Assembly (NCBI RefSeq): GCF_000014265.1
Contig: NC_008312.1
Span: 3,240,001 to 3,272,000, forward strand
From: Trichodesmium erythraeum IMS101
Lineage (GTDB): Bacteria > Cyanobacteriota > Cyanobacteriia > Cyanobacteriales > Microcoleaceae
Length of the DNA: 32,000 bases
Direction: 5' to 3'
Shown: positions 17,286 to 27,817 of the stretch, in pieces
Numbering within the stretch: position 1 is the first letter of the stretch
How the letters are laid out: every line of letters begins with the position of its first letter
Made by a program: the position numbers and the translations under genes
The notes under the pieces: model-generated
The model's input: only the letters and a program-made list of their open reading frames with translations
Told to the model about the DNA's origin: nothing
Database searches by the model: none

Positions 17286-17822
17286 CTATGGTCTATGACT
17301 GCGACGAATTTCTGTAATTTGGTCTGCTATATCCAGAATTACTTCAGGCATATTTGGTCCTGTTAAAATTACATCTAAATTACTAGGGCGTTTTTCTAGA
17401 AAATCTAACACTTCATTTTCAGGAATTAAACCAAAATTAATAGCTAAACTAAGTTCATCAAGAACTACTAACTCATATTTTCCTTCACATACAACTTTTT
17501 GAGTATAGGACCACAAATCTAGCAGCGACTTTTTCTGATTTTCGTCTATCTCTGGGGCATCAATACAACTAGAAATATCGCAGCGAACCCAACTCAGATT
17601 TTGTCCTAGTTGTATTGGTTGTTTGTATCCTTGCTTAATTCCCCCTTTAAGAAACTGTACAATTAATACAGTTTTTCCCTGGCCAGCTATTCTCAAGGCT
17701 TGAGCCATAACATCAGTAAAGAAATTGCGTTGACCACTTGTGAATACCTGCACTAGACCAGGAACTGTGTATGGTAAGTCACTAGGAACGCTTAGAGAAG
17801 GGGTTTGTAATTGTGCAACCAT
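17286..17822 (-). CDS. CobA/CobO/BtuR-family (corrinoid adenosyltransferase-like) protein lacking the Walker A motif
   Basis: The 178-aa ORF is collinear with CobA (VQVFT..., GKTVLIVQFLKGG, LVVLDELSLAINFGLIP, VILTGPNMPEVILDIADQITEIR). The position of GNGKGKTTAA reads SGQRNFFTDV. Confidence 0.75.
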   Translation of the reverse strand: MVAQLQTPSLSVPSDLPYTVPGLVQVFTSGQRNFFTDVMAQALRIAGQGKTVLIVQFLKGGIKQGYKQPIQLGQNLSWVRCDISSCIDAPEIDENQKKSLLDLWSYTQKVVCEGKYELVVLDELSLAINFGLIPENEVLDFLEKRPSNLDVILTGPNMPEVILDIADQITEIRRSHRP

Positions 17823-18625
17823 TATGAATGTTAAAACTTGACTATTTTGAATAATATATTGATTTTTCCAACTTGATAAGCTGGACTGAAAGCTTGTCCT
17901 AGGACAACATTTAATTTACAATATATAGTGCTTTTTTTTATTATATGTTAAATTTAACACTATATGTATGTCAAATTTAAAGATAATAGGAAGAATGAAG
18001 TTAGAGTTTAGAACTTAGAAATTATTTTTGTAAAGGTATCGGGGTGAGCAACCCTCCAAAAACTGGTTTCAGTCCTAATTATTTTCATCAAGTATAAAAA
18101 TTGCTATGAACGATACCAAAGATTTATATAGAATAATTAACTATATATTATATAGATTGTAAATAATTCAGTTGAGGGATTGTGAGACTAATAACTTTAG
18201 GTAGTTTAGGTGCAGGGAAAGAAACTAAAAAAAATTACCCTGTCAAGACCTATAGATTGCTTTGATATCTTTTTTATGATATACTAAAATAGTTGGCTAT
18301 TACTAAAATAATATTAGGCCAAATTAAACAACCTTTTGTGGAAAAAGAAAAAAAAGAAGAGTTGATATCATACCGGAAAATCATTCAGTTTGTTCATCAA
18401 CTACTTTTAGAATCTGATGTTAGTTAAGGTTAGTTAATAGATGGTTATCCTAGAACAGCTTTTCAAGGAAAAGAACTGCATTTTTGATGATTATAATTTG
18501 GGACAAAAATTAGACTGGGTAACTTCTCGAAAAAGTATCTGAAGAAGAACTTATAAATTGATGTGAAGGAGCGATTAGCTAGTTAAGTATATAAACTACA
18601 TAATTCATAAAAAAAATAATTTATT

Positions 18626-19342
18626 ATGTCTTGGCAACGTCCAGATGGTAGAAAGTCAAACCAATTACGTCCTATTAGTTTTGAATTAGATTACACTAAA
18701 TTTGCCACCAGTTCTGTCTTAACCAAGTTTGGTGAGACAAAGGTACTCTGTAATGTCACTATCCAACCAGGAGTACCCAAATTTTTGGCAGATACAGGCC
18801 AGGGTTGGTTAACTGCAGAATACAGAATGTTACCAGCTGCAACTTCCGAACGTCAACAACGGGAATTTATGAAATTATCTGGGCGAACTCAAGAAATTCA
18901 AAGGTTAATTGGACGCAGTTTAAGAGCTGCTCTAGATATGAATTTATTAGGGGAACGTACTATAATAGTAGATGCCGATGTTTTGCAAGCAGATGCAGGT
19001 ACTCGCACTGTTTCTATTACTGGAGGATTCGTGGCAGTAGCAAATGCTATTAGCAAGTTGATAGACCAGGGAAAGTTGGAGCGATCGCCTATTTTGCATC
19101 AAGTTGCTGCTGTATCAGTAGGGTTATTAGAAAAAGAACCTTATTTAGATTTGAATTATCCTGAAGATGTCGCCGCAGAAATTGATTTTAACGTGGTGAT
19201 GAATGACCAACCTGCTTTAATTGAGGTTCAGGGAACAGCAGAAATAGGTAGCTTTAGTCGTACTCAACTTAATCAAATTTTAGATTTAGCAGAAGCAGGA
19301 ATTAAAAAATTATTTGATGCCCAACGTCAAGTTATCTCTTGA
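18626..19342 (+). CDS. rph: Ribonuclease PH
   Basis: 238-aa ORF with [48 protein letters not shown] and [13 protein letters not shown]. Confidence 0.92.
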   Translation: MSWQRPDGRKSNQLRPISFELDYTKFATSSVLTKFGETKVLCNVTIQPGVPKFLADTGQGWLTAEYRMLPAATSERQQREFMKLSGRTQEIQRLIGRSLRAALDMNLLGERTIIVDADVLQADAGTRTVSITGGFVAVANAISKLIDQGKLERSPILHQVAAVSVGLLEKEPYLDLNYPEDVAAEIDFNVVMNDQPALIEVQGTAEIGSFSRTQLNQILDLAEAGIKKLFDAQRQVIS

Positions 19343-20680
19343 TTAGATACAAAGTTTTTCAAAGGCTTTATCCTTTTGAGAATCAAAAAAGTGCCAGGAT
19401 TTTTGCCAAGGCTTGGGCAAAAAAAATCAAGGGATCATTTTTACTTCTACTGGTACTTAAACATTTTCTAGTAGAAAAGAATGACTCAAAATCAGTCTAA
19501 ATAAGAGAATTAATTAGATGCTCTAAAAGAGTTATAATCCTTGTTTTCCAACATATTTATACCTTTTGCCTTTTTCCATCTATTGATAATACGAATTTCC
19601 ATGGACTGATGCTATGCTCAGGTAACACTTCATTTATTAAATAATCAATACCAATTTTATCAACTTAGTCTACATTACTTAATCTTAATAATATGATATG
19701 ATTTCATTCTTGAGTATGATGTGTAGCAATCTTAAAGGAAATTGGTTTCACAAAAAGAGAATAACCTTGTTCACGATGAACGCTCTCAAATTGTGTTAAT
19801 TATTCTGATGTTGTACAGACATCTCATAGAATATGCTTACTCCTCCATGGTCAGGTCTAGGGATGAGTCCCCTGCTCAAAGTAGCAAGTGGAAAAGTTCT
19901 TTGATAAATAGTATAATTTGAGCTTATTATTTTCTAGTTTCCTGGCTGTTTAAGTCCTACTAACTCATAAATATATCATCATGATTCTATATTAGTTTAA
20001 GTGTTCGCTTACCTGGAGAAAAGTGCAAAAAAAAAAATTACAAAATTAAGATTTGCGCTACTTGGGATTTTTCCTGACTTGAGTGAGAAAATACAGAAAA
20101 ATCAATAAATCAAGACTTATAGAACCAAACAAGAAACCGGGTTTATTGCCCTGATCCCCGTTGTTGATCCTAATGGGAAATTTCCTCTCATACCAATGGG
20201 ATTGGAATGTTTATAAAAAATGCTAGAGACCTTGGATAGAGAAGACTTAGGTCAAACCAAAATTAGAAGACTAAAGTTTGAGTAAATCTTGAAAAAAAGG
20301 GGGATCGGGATATAAATAACTGTATTAAATCAATTAGATATGTTTTGTTTAATATCTCCAATTGAGATTAACTACCGTGAAGTGTATTTTTTTTCGCGGG
20401 TATTATCATAACCAGTTTGATGGGTAAGTGCTCCAAATCCCACTATTAAGCTATCGTACATCTAAATTTTATATTTTCTTAACTTTTTGTCTATGATTTT
20501 GTTCTCAAAAAAACTCAAAATATGGTTTAAGTTATAAAAAGCTTACCTATTACTCATTTCCAGCCCTCATTAACAGACTGTTTCTGTAGATCCCAAGATA
20601 TACAGATAAAAAGTGGTTAATCTTCCGGAATATCAGCAAGGATCAAAGAAAAATCAAGATAAAACACTTATGAAATAACA

Positions 20681-22474
20681 ATGACTCAAGATTTTGGTTT
20701 ATGTTCTAAATTTCCCTACCTGGCTAGAAGTACTGTAGAGGAAGGTATATCAAAACGTCATCGCTTAGGACAAGCACTCATAATGATGTTATTGATTACC
20801 AGCTTTATTAGTATCCATGCTTATCGTATAGTACAATTACAATTAGTTCAAGGAGAATATAACCGGGAACGTGCAGACAACAACCGTGTTCGCTTAACAC
20901 CAGTACCATCAAGTCGTGGCACTATCTACGATCGCAAAGGTAAAGTATTAGCAGGTAACTTCCTTTCTCGCTCTGTATATTTATGGCCAAGCGAATACTC
21001 ACCTGCAAAATGGTTGGAGGTAGCAACGGAGCTTAGTCTAATCTTAGATATTCCAGTGGCTGATATTATTAACAAGTTAAATAAAGCTGGCTATAAATCA
21101 GCCTTACCCGTCAGAATTACCTCAAACATGGACCGCACTACTTTTGTCGCATTAGCAGAAAAAGTAGGTGAGACAAGAGGAATAGAGATTCGTACTGAAA
21201 ATACTCGTTACTATCCTCATGGCACTCTAGCAGCTCATTTATTAGGATATACTGGTGAAGCAACCAAAGAAGAATTAATCGCTAACCCCAAATATCCAAT
21301 GGGAATGATCGTGGGAAAAATGGGAATCGAATATTCAGCAAATTCAAAACTAGAAGGAGTTTGGGGTAATCGTTTAATTGAAGTTGACGCCAAAGGTAAT
21401 GAAATTCAAGAGTTAGGAATAGAAAATCCGATTCCAGGCAAACCAGTAAAATTAACCATTGATTTTGATATCCAAAAAACTGCAGAAAAAGCGTTAGGAA
21501 ATCGCCGGGGTGCCGTAGTTGCAATTAATCCTAAAACAGGAGAAGTCTTAGCAATGGCAAGCGGACCCACATTTAACCCCAGTATATTTGCAGGCCAAGT
21601 GACCAGGGAAAAATGGCAACATCTTCAAGGTGCAAGCAAGCCTTTTTTGAATCGCGCTCTTCAGGGTTATCCTCCAGGAAGCACTTTCAAAGCTGTTACT
21701 TCTGTTGCGGCCCTACAGTCTGGCAAATATTCTCCTAACTCCAAAGTTGGAACTTACAATGCTGTAACTATTGGTGGTATAACTTTTAATGAACATAGTG
21801 GTGGTTATGGATTAATTGGCTTTCGGGATGCTTTAGCTTACAGTAGTAATACATTTTACTATCAAGTAGGTGTAAAAACAGGCCCGGAACAAATTTCTAA
21901 GTGGGGGCGAGAGTTAGGTATTGGTGGCAGTATTGACTTCAAACTATTCGGACTCAATGGTAGTCATGGTCAAATCCCTACTCCCAAGGAAAAAGAAAAA
22001 ATATATGGGGAACCTTGGCATATTGCTGATATTGTGACGATGGGAATAGGTCAGGGTTTGGTATTGGTAACACCTTTAGAATCTTCAGTTATGGTAAGTA
22101 CGATCGCTAATGGTGGGTATCGAGTGCAACCTCATTTATTTGCTTCTGACACTAATACTGATACTACTAAACCAATTAGTACCGGACTAAAACCTTCAAC
22201 TCTTAAAACAGTGCGAGAAGGATTAATTGATGTAGTTAGGAAGGGTACTGCTCGTCGGTTGAATGATGGTACTATTCCATTATCCGGGGGTAAAACTGGT
22301 ACAGTGGAACTTCCAGGGCAAGCTGATAACGCAATGTATATAGGTTTTGCACCTGCCTATAATCCTGAAATTGCTGTAGCGATTGCAGTTGAAGGCGGTG
22401 GTTACGGTTCGGTAGGAGCTGCTCCCATTGCCAAAGCAATTTTTGATACCTATTTTGGTAATCAAGGAAAATAA
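20681..22474 (+). CDS. mrdA: Penicillin-binding protein 2 (peptidoglycan D,D-transpeptidase, elongasome)
   Basis: 597-aa ORF with an N-terminal TM anchor, the PBP dimerisation region, and the transpeptidase motifs STFK (PPGSTFKAV), SSN (AYSSNTFY) and KTGT (GGKTGTVE). Confidence 0.9.
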   Translation: MTQDFGLCSKFPYLARSTVEEGISKRHRLGQALIMMLLITSFISIHAYRIVQLQLVQGEYNRERADNNRVRLTPVPSSRGTIYDRKGKVLAGNFLSRSVYLWPSEYSPAKWLEVATELSLILDIPVADIINKLNKAGYKSALPVRITSNMDRTTFVALAEKVGETRGIEIRTENTRYYPHGTLAAHLLGYTGEATKEELIANPKYPMGMIVGKMGIEYSANSKLEGVWGNRLIEVDAKGNEIQELGIENPIPGKPVKLTIDFDIQKTAEKALGNRRGAVVAINPKTGEVLAMASGPTFNPSIFAGQVTREKWQHLQGASKPFLNRALQGYPPGSTFKAVTSVAALQSGKYSPNSKVGTYNAVTIGGITFNEHSGGYGLIGFRDALAYSSNTFYYQVGVKTGPEQISKWGRELGIGGSIDFKLFGLNGSHGQIPTPKEKEKIYGEPWHIADIVTMGIGQGLVLVTPLESSVMVSTIANGGYRVQPHLFASDTNTDTTKPISTGLKPSTLKTVREGLIDVVRKGTARRLNDGTIPLSGGKTGTVELPGQADNAMYIGFAPAYNPEIAVAIAVEGGGYGSVGAAPIAKAIFDTYFGNQGK

Positions 22475-22524
22475 TTAATCAATAAAATATTTATGTCATG
22501 TTTAGTATAGTTTATGTAATAGGT

Positions 22525-23478
22525 CGTAGGTTTTAAAGAGAGTAGGATAAGGTAAAAAGCTATCAAGCTTACCTACTCACCTTTGGACATAAAGTGAAGT
22601 AATTACTAGCAATGAAAAAGGCTAGAACACTAAAAAATAATTTTGAACACCCCAAACAATGTTTAAGGGTGGCATGGGGTTTAGACGATATTCCAAGCAA
22701 AGTATGCGTCAATCATAGTCTTAAGTGGAAGAACATTGAATGGAAAAAAATAGAAAAGTATGTGTTTAAGTTGCCAAAGTTAATTTACAGAGCTTCCAGT
22801 CCTGACGAAATCTGCTTTTCGGCGCAAATACTAAAAACTTCTGAGCAAAAACTATTACTCAAGATTGCTTGCTGGCTGTGACGCACGTGAACAACCAGGG
22901 TAAGACAACTGTGGGAGTAGATGGAATTAAAGACCTAACTTCTATGCAGTAGCTCAACCTAGTTAATAGATTGAAAAGGTTTCACCACAGACTGAAAAAA
23001 AACCGCAGAGTTTGGATATTTCAACCAGGTAAGGATGAAAAACCAGCACTAGGCATACCAGCTATGGAGGATAGAGCGTTATAAATCTTAGTAAAAAGGA
23101 TTTCAACTTGTTGAGGGAAGCACTTTTGAACTGAATAGCTATGGTCTTTTCCGGAGCTCAATACATGATGCTATCCAAACTATCTTTTAGGGCATATCCA
23201 CAATATTTAAGTATAGCATATTTCGGATATATAAGGTATAGGCTAAATAGTAACAATTATGTAGTGCGGGCATATTGCCCGCATTAGCATAACTCATAAC
23301 AAGGTCAAGCGCTGTATGTTCTGGATACTGACATAGCAAAATGTTTTGAGCAGATTAGCCATGAAGCGTTATTGAAGAAAATAGGGGATACACTATATAG
23401 GCTATTGATTAAACAGTGGTTAAAGTCTGGGGTTATGGATAAGCAAAAACTGACCGAAGGCACACTATAAGGAAGATT
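22525..23478 (+). pseudogene. Dead group II intron fragment: domain IV start plus the N-terminal half of the reverse transcriptase/maturase, with stops, frameshifts and a repeat insertion
   Basis: It is homologous to thyX-intron positions 9192-~9560. The track ORF 22612-22881 is the IEP N-terminus. Downstream broken frames read ..NQGKTTVGVDGIKD.., ..VWIFQPGKDEKPALGIPAMEDRAL*.. and ..LDTDIAKCFEQISHEALLKKIG..IKQWLKSGVMDKQKLTEGTL* (RT0-RT4). Domains I-III and V-VI are absent. The fragment is truncated next to the slt stop. Confidence 0.75.
23255..23283. repeat. Small palindromic dispersed repeat inserted in the RT pseudogene
   Basis: The sequence is aattatgtagtgcgggcatattgcccgca. The first 19 nt are identical to 3421-3439. 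There is a perfect hairpin tgcgggca-tat-tgcccgca (23265-23283). It sits between RT motif fragments. Confidence 0.6.
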
Positions 23479-23486
23479 AATTAGTT

Positions 23487-25649
23487 TTATTGATTATATT
23501 TAGCATAATGTTTTTCCATTAACTGAGAAACTTCAGGGTTATAAATCTGCAAATAATTCCAATAATTTTCAAAGACAGACTCCACATAACCCCTTGTTTC
23601 TGGATAAGGAATTTTCTCCACAAAAGCATCAGCATCATCAAACCCAAAACGTTTTAACCAACTATTTATAGCATTCGGACCGGCATTATAACTAGCAATT
23701 GCCAACATTGAATTATTCTTATACTTTTTATGAGTAAAATCCAAGTAATAAGTACCTAAATTAACATTATCATTAATATTCTCTAAATCATAACTAACAA
23801 GATTAATTTTCTTAGCAGCCTCTTTACCAGTTTGTGGCATTATCTGCATTAGTCCTGTTGCTCCCACAACTGATTTGATGTTTGGCATAAAACGAGATTC
23901 TTGACGAATTAAAGCAGTCACCAAAACAGTATTTAGTTTTCGTTTATTAGACCATTTAACAATAGTTTCCAAATAAGGAAAAGGATACAAAGTTTGCCAA
24001 TAAGTAGACTTTTCTTTTAAAGCTTTATACTCAGCTATCTCCTCTGGAGATTCCCATTTACTCAAGCTAGTTAGCATCCAAATACCATCCAAATTATCCC
24101 CCACACCAACCCTCAATACGCCATCAGTATACTGTTGAGCGACAGTTGGATTCATGCGGTCTTTAAATTCTACTTGCCACTGTTTCCAAGCATCCCAGTC
24201 TTGTCCAATCTGATATAGTTCCCGCAATGTTTCAGAACCAAAAGGCAGTGGTTCACGGTCTTTCCTTTGTACAACCTCTGGAGATAAATTCCTAACTGTC
24301 GTAAAATCCCCTACAGGCCAACCTAGCATCACTGCCGATCGCCAAGCATAATAAGAGTGAGGATATCGTAAAATCATATACTCAAAAGCTTTTGTGGCAT
24401 CCTCTGTCCGCCCAAGTTGTTGTGCCCACTTACCTACCCAGAAACCTGCTTGCGCTGCCAACTTATGATCAGGATTATTCACAGTCAACTCTTGCGCCCA
24501 CTTCCAAGCCACTTGTAAATTACCACCTGCGGCAGCTTGTTCAGCTAACTTCCAGCGTAGTATAGCCGCAGCATCAGAATTACTATATTCTCTCAACAAT
24601 TGTTGACGTAACAGAGAAGCTGACTTAGTAGAGTCAAGTTTATCAAGCAACTTAGACTTATCTAACAATGCTTCGGGTGCTAAACTGGGGAAGTTAACAA
24701 TTACCCTGTCAAGATAAGGTATAGCATCTTTTCGATCAACTAACCTCGACAAACGAATTAAACCCAAAGCTGTATCTTCTCCGCCATTAGGAAATGTATT
24801 AATTAAAGTTTTATAAGCTTCGCGAGATTCTTTGATTTTTCCTCCTAACCATAAGCCCCTGGCATAACGATATAAATTTTGGGGAGTCTTGGTTGCTTTC
24901 TGATATGCTAAGGCACCTTTACCATAATCTTGTTTTTCCCAATACCCAAAAGCAACCATTTCCCAATCTTCGGGAGTCAACTCAGAAGCATATTTTGTTC
25001 TAAGTTGTTCTAATACCGTGCTATATTCAGGCACATGAAAACCATACTTAGCAATAAGCAATAATAACCGAGGTTGATTAGGATTTTGCTTTAATTTTTC
25101 CTGAGCAATTTTAACTGTAGCTGGATAACCAGGAAATTTAGCGATCGCCTCATCCCAGTATTCCGGGTTTTCTTTTCCTAGTATATACAAAGCTTCTACC
25201 ACCACAGCTTCTTGTGGATCGTATCTTAAAACTTCTTGCCAAACTCTTTTTGCTTTGTCTGTATCCCCTATTTGTTCGTAAGCTTGCGCTCGTTTAACTA
25301 GAATATATTGTGCTAGAGTTATATATTCTTTTTCTAAATCTTTCAGTTGAGCGATCGCCAACTCAGCCTCTCCCTGTTGAATTAAATCATTAGCTAGAAC
25401 ATAACGAGCACGACTAGTGTTGAGAGATTTTCCAGTTTTGATCGCAGTTTCCAACCTACGACGACGTTCCTCTGGTTGCAGTGACACAAAACTTACTACA
25501 TTTAACTCTTGATTAAGTTTTTCTTTTTGGGTAGTCTTTTGGGAGTTTTCGTTATTGCTAGTAAATTGTACCAGAAAAACCCCCGATAACAGAGCGCTAA
25601 CAGAAGCGACTATTACTATAGAAACTTTTGTTATGTTTTGCTTTAACAT
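23487..25649 (-). CDS. Soluble lytic murein transglycosylase (Slt70-like: superhelical N-domain plus SLT catalytic domain)
   Basis: 720-aa ORF with an N-terminal signal/anchor and a long TPR-like helical region. The C-terminal SLT motifs are LIRQESRF (catalytic Glu), ATGLMQIMP and ASYNAGPNAINSW. Confidence 0.88.
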   Translation of the reverse strand: MLKQNITKVSIVIVASVSALLSGVFLVQFTSNNENSQKTTQKEKLNQELNVVSFVSLQPEERRRRLETAIKTGKSLNTSRARYVLANDLIQQGEAELAIAQLKDLEKEYITLAQYILVKRAQAYEQIGDTDKAKRVWQEVLRYDPQEAVVVEALYILGKENPEYWDEAIAKFPGYPATVKIAQEKLKQNPNQPRLLLLIAKYGFHVPEYSTVLEQLRTKYASELTPEDWEMVAFGYWEKQDYGKGALAYQKATKTPQNLYRYARGLWLGGKIKESREAYKTLINTFPNGGEDTALGLIRLSRLVDRKDAIPYLDRVIVNFPSLAPEALLDKSKLLDKLDSTKSASLLRQQLLREYSNSDAAAILRWKLAEQAAAGGNLQVAWKWAQELTVNNPDHKLAAQAGFWVGKWAQQLGRTEDATKAFEYMILRYPHSYYAWRSAVMLGWPVGDFTTVRNLSPEVVQRKDREPLPFGSETLRELYQIGQDWDAWKQWQVEFKDRMNPTVAQQYTDGVLRVGVGDNLDGIWMLTSLSKWESPEEIAEYKALKEKSTYWQTLYPFPYLETIVKWSNKRKLNTVLVTALIRQESRFMPNIKSVVGATGLMQIMPQTGKEAAKKINLVSYDLENINDNVNLGTYYLDFTHKKYKNNSMLAIASYNAGPNAINSWLKRFGFDDADAFVEKIPYPETRGYVESVFENYWNYLQIYNPEVSQLMEKHYAKYNQ

Positions 25650-27817
25650 TTACTTGCCATCAGTTAATTTTCAATTTTTTTCAAGTGTTAATTTTCTCCC
25701 CTAGGGACAATTTAAAGTATGAATTGAAGATTACACTCCTAGAAAAAGTACATTTTTCCATTCATCTATAATTTTTTTATCCAGAAGTTAATTATAGCGA
25801 ATTTCCTCTCACTTAGGTATACTACTAGCAACACTACAATAGCAATCTTAAATATTCAGAACTCGTTCTGCCAAGAATTAGTTGTCTAGAGATGCTGGTT
25901 CAGCTAATGCTTAAAGCAAACTATAACTCTGGTGCACAATAAGTGTGGAGGAAAGAAGATTTTTAGCTAAAGTTGGCCTGAAAATAATTAATAAATAATA
26001 GAGTTGTTGGGAATTAAGCCCCAAAAATGCCTAAAACCCTTATGAGTCCAGTTTTAAGCGTGCTTTTGAGTACTAAATACTGAAAAGCTTATATAGTAAA
26101 TGAGTGAGAATTTTAAATTTTTCCATACCAAACAACTCTAATAAATTTGAACATTATTAAGCATCAACTCCAAAAAAAACCCTATAAAGAGCTTAAAATT
26201 TCCACACTTAGTTCATTATCACACTGTGGACTATTTTTTAATTTATTTCTAGAGGCAAAGAAAAATCCTACAATACCAAATCCCCATACATAATAATACT
26301 TACTATTTATCAAAAACTTTTCAACTTGGCACTTTGAGACAGGGACTCACCCCTAACCCCGATCATGAAAAGGTCAGGACATTACATGCAACGTACCTGC
26401 AACAATAATTTCAAAGAATATATAATTAGAGAGCCTCAACCTTGTGTAAAAGTTTATTTCCTTCGTGTCAATTACTTAATTTTTTTAAGTTTTACAAAAA
26501 GTAATCCGATCAAAGAGTTGTAATAATTCAAAAATCAAAAAATTTACTCCCAAACTCTGAGTCATTACCCCAAGTCCTCTCAACCCTCATCCAAAAAAGT
26601 TGCAAGATTTTAAAAAACTTAAAAATATGGGTTTGTCGAACCTTAAACTCGAAAAGCTCTACAGTATTTAATAGCAGAAGTTAATACCAAGTGATTAAAT
26701 TGAGTATACGAAACTTTTGCATTAAAAGTGGGATGACTAGAAACAAAAAAATTATCTTAGTAGAAGATAGATTCTAATAGCACAGAAGTGAGAAAGTTAA
26801 AACCCCATTAGGGATAATTAGACAACATTTACCCACTTGAGAGTACAAAGTTCTCCTAAAAAACTATTTGCTTTAAAGGCTGAAAGTATTATAAAAAATT
26901 GCTTACAGCATTTATAGGTATTTTGGGAAAGTTTCTAACCTTGAGGTATCTATAAGCCAAAGCTCGCAATAGTTATTCCCAGAATTTCCCACTGTCTAAT
27001 TACCTACATATTTCCCTAAATTACACTAGCTATTGAATGATGAGTATGATTAGATAAACTTCTGATATTAAAAGTATAGAGGAAATAAAAGAGATTTTTA
27101 TTCAAACAAATGTGCGGTACTAAGTTCAACAATGACAAGAGAAATCAAAAAGTTAACCAATTATTCTAAATATTCAATATACATCTTTTTTTTCCCAGAT
27201 TTGGTATAAACTGCACAAAACTAACTTTTAACCCTCTAAAGTAAAAATTTAGAGTCGAGTCAACTAACAAAAATTTGTCTAATCATCAGTTTTCAGCTAT
27301 AATTTTTGTAAATTGGGCAGCTAATTTCAACAAAAATTAGACACTGATGGATAAAGTAGGTATAAAGAATAAATGTAGTACAAAAGCATCAGATACTCAA
27401 GGCTCAGCTTCAAACGAGCCTGGTAGTTTTATGATTGTGCAGCTCAATAAAAACTTGCAATCTAGTTCTCCCGTTAACTATAAGGAGGGTGACACTAGTT
27501 AAACAGACCTGTAGCAAAAGGTCGATCTCTATAGTACAAAAAAATTATCAGTATAATCCTAATAACCAGTAAATACAATAAGTGGTAATTAGTCATTTGG
27601 GTAAAAATATCTCTAATCCAAGACTTATAATTATAAACCTCTGCACACTAGGCACTCCCAAATAGAGGCTGTAGTGATCAGCCTTGTATAGCATTAACAA
27701 AACATAATTTATTTTGAAAGTTTAAGTCAACATGGAACCCTTAGAACTGAATTTTTTGCAGTACCTAAGAAATCAAATATATTAACATAAATTCATACCA
27801 AATCACAGATTTATTTT

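Noticed and set aside
18805-19053. 82-aa plus-strand ORF in an alternative frame of rph
   Set aside because: It is completely embedded in the strongly supported RNase PH frame and has no independent signal.
19343-20680. Possible decayed gene on the minus strand (string ..RPDHGG.. near 19850, reminiscent of a CobD-type N-terminus)
   Set aside because: The similarity is limited to a few residues, and flanking translation does not stay collinear with any family I recognise.
21282-22465. Minus-strand ORFs 21282-21524 and 22280-22465
   Set aside because: They are antisense within mrdA and have no motifs.
22612-22881. 89-aa ORF as a functional small protein
   Set aside because: It is the N-terminal remnant of a group II intron RT/maturase. 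The frame breaks just before the conserved ..GKTTVGVDGI.. motif.
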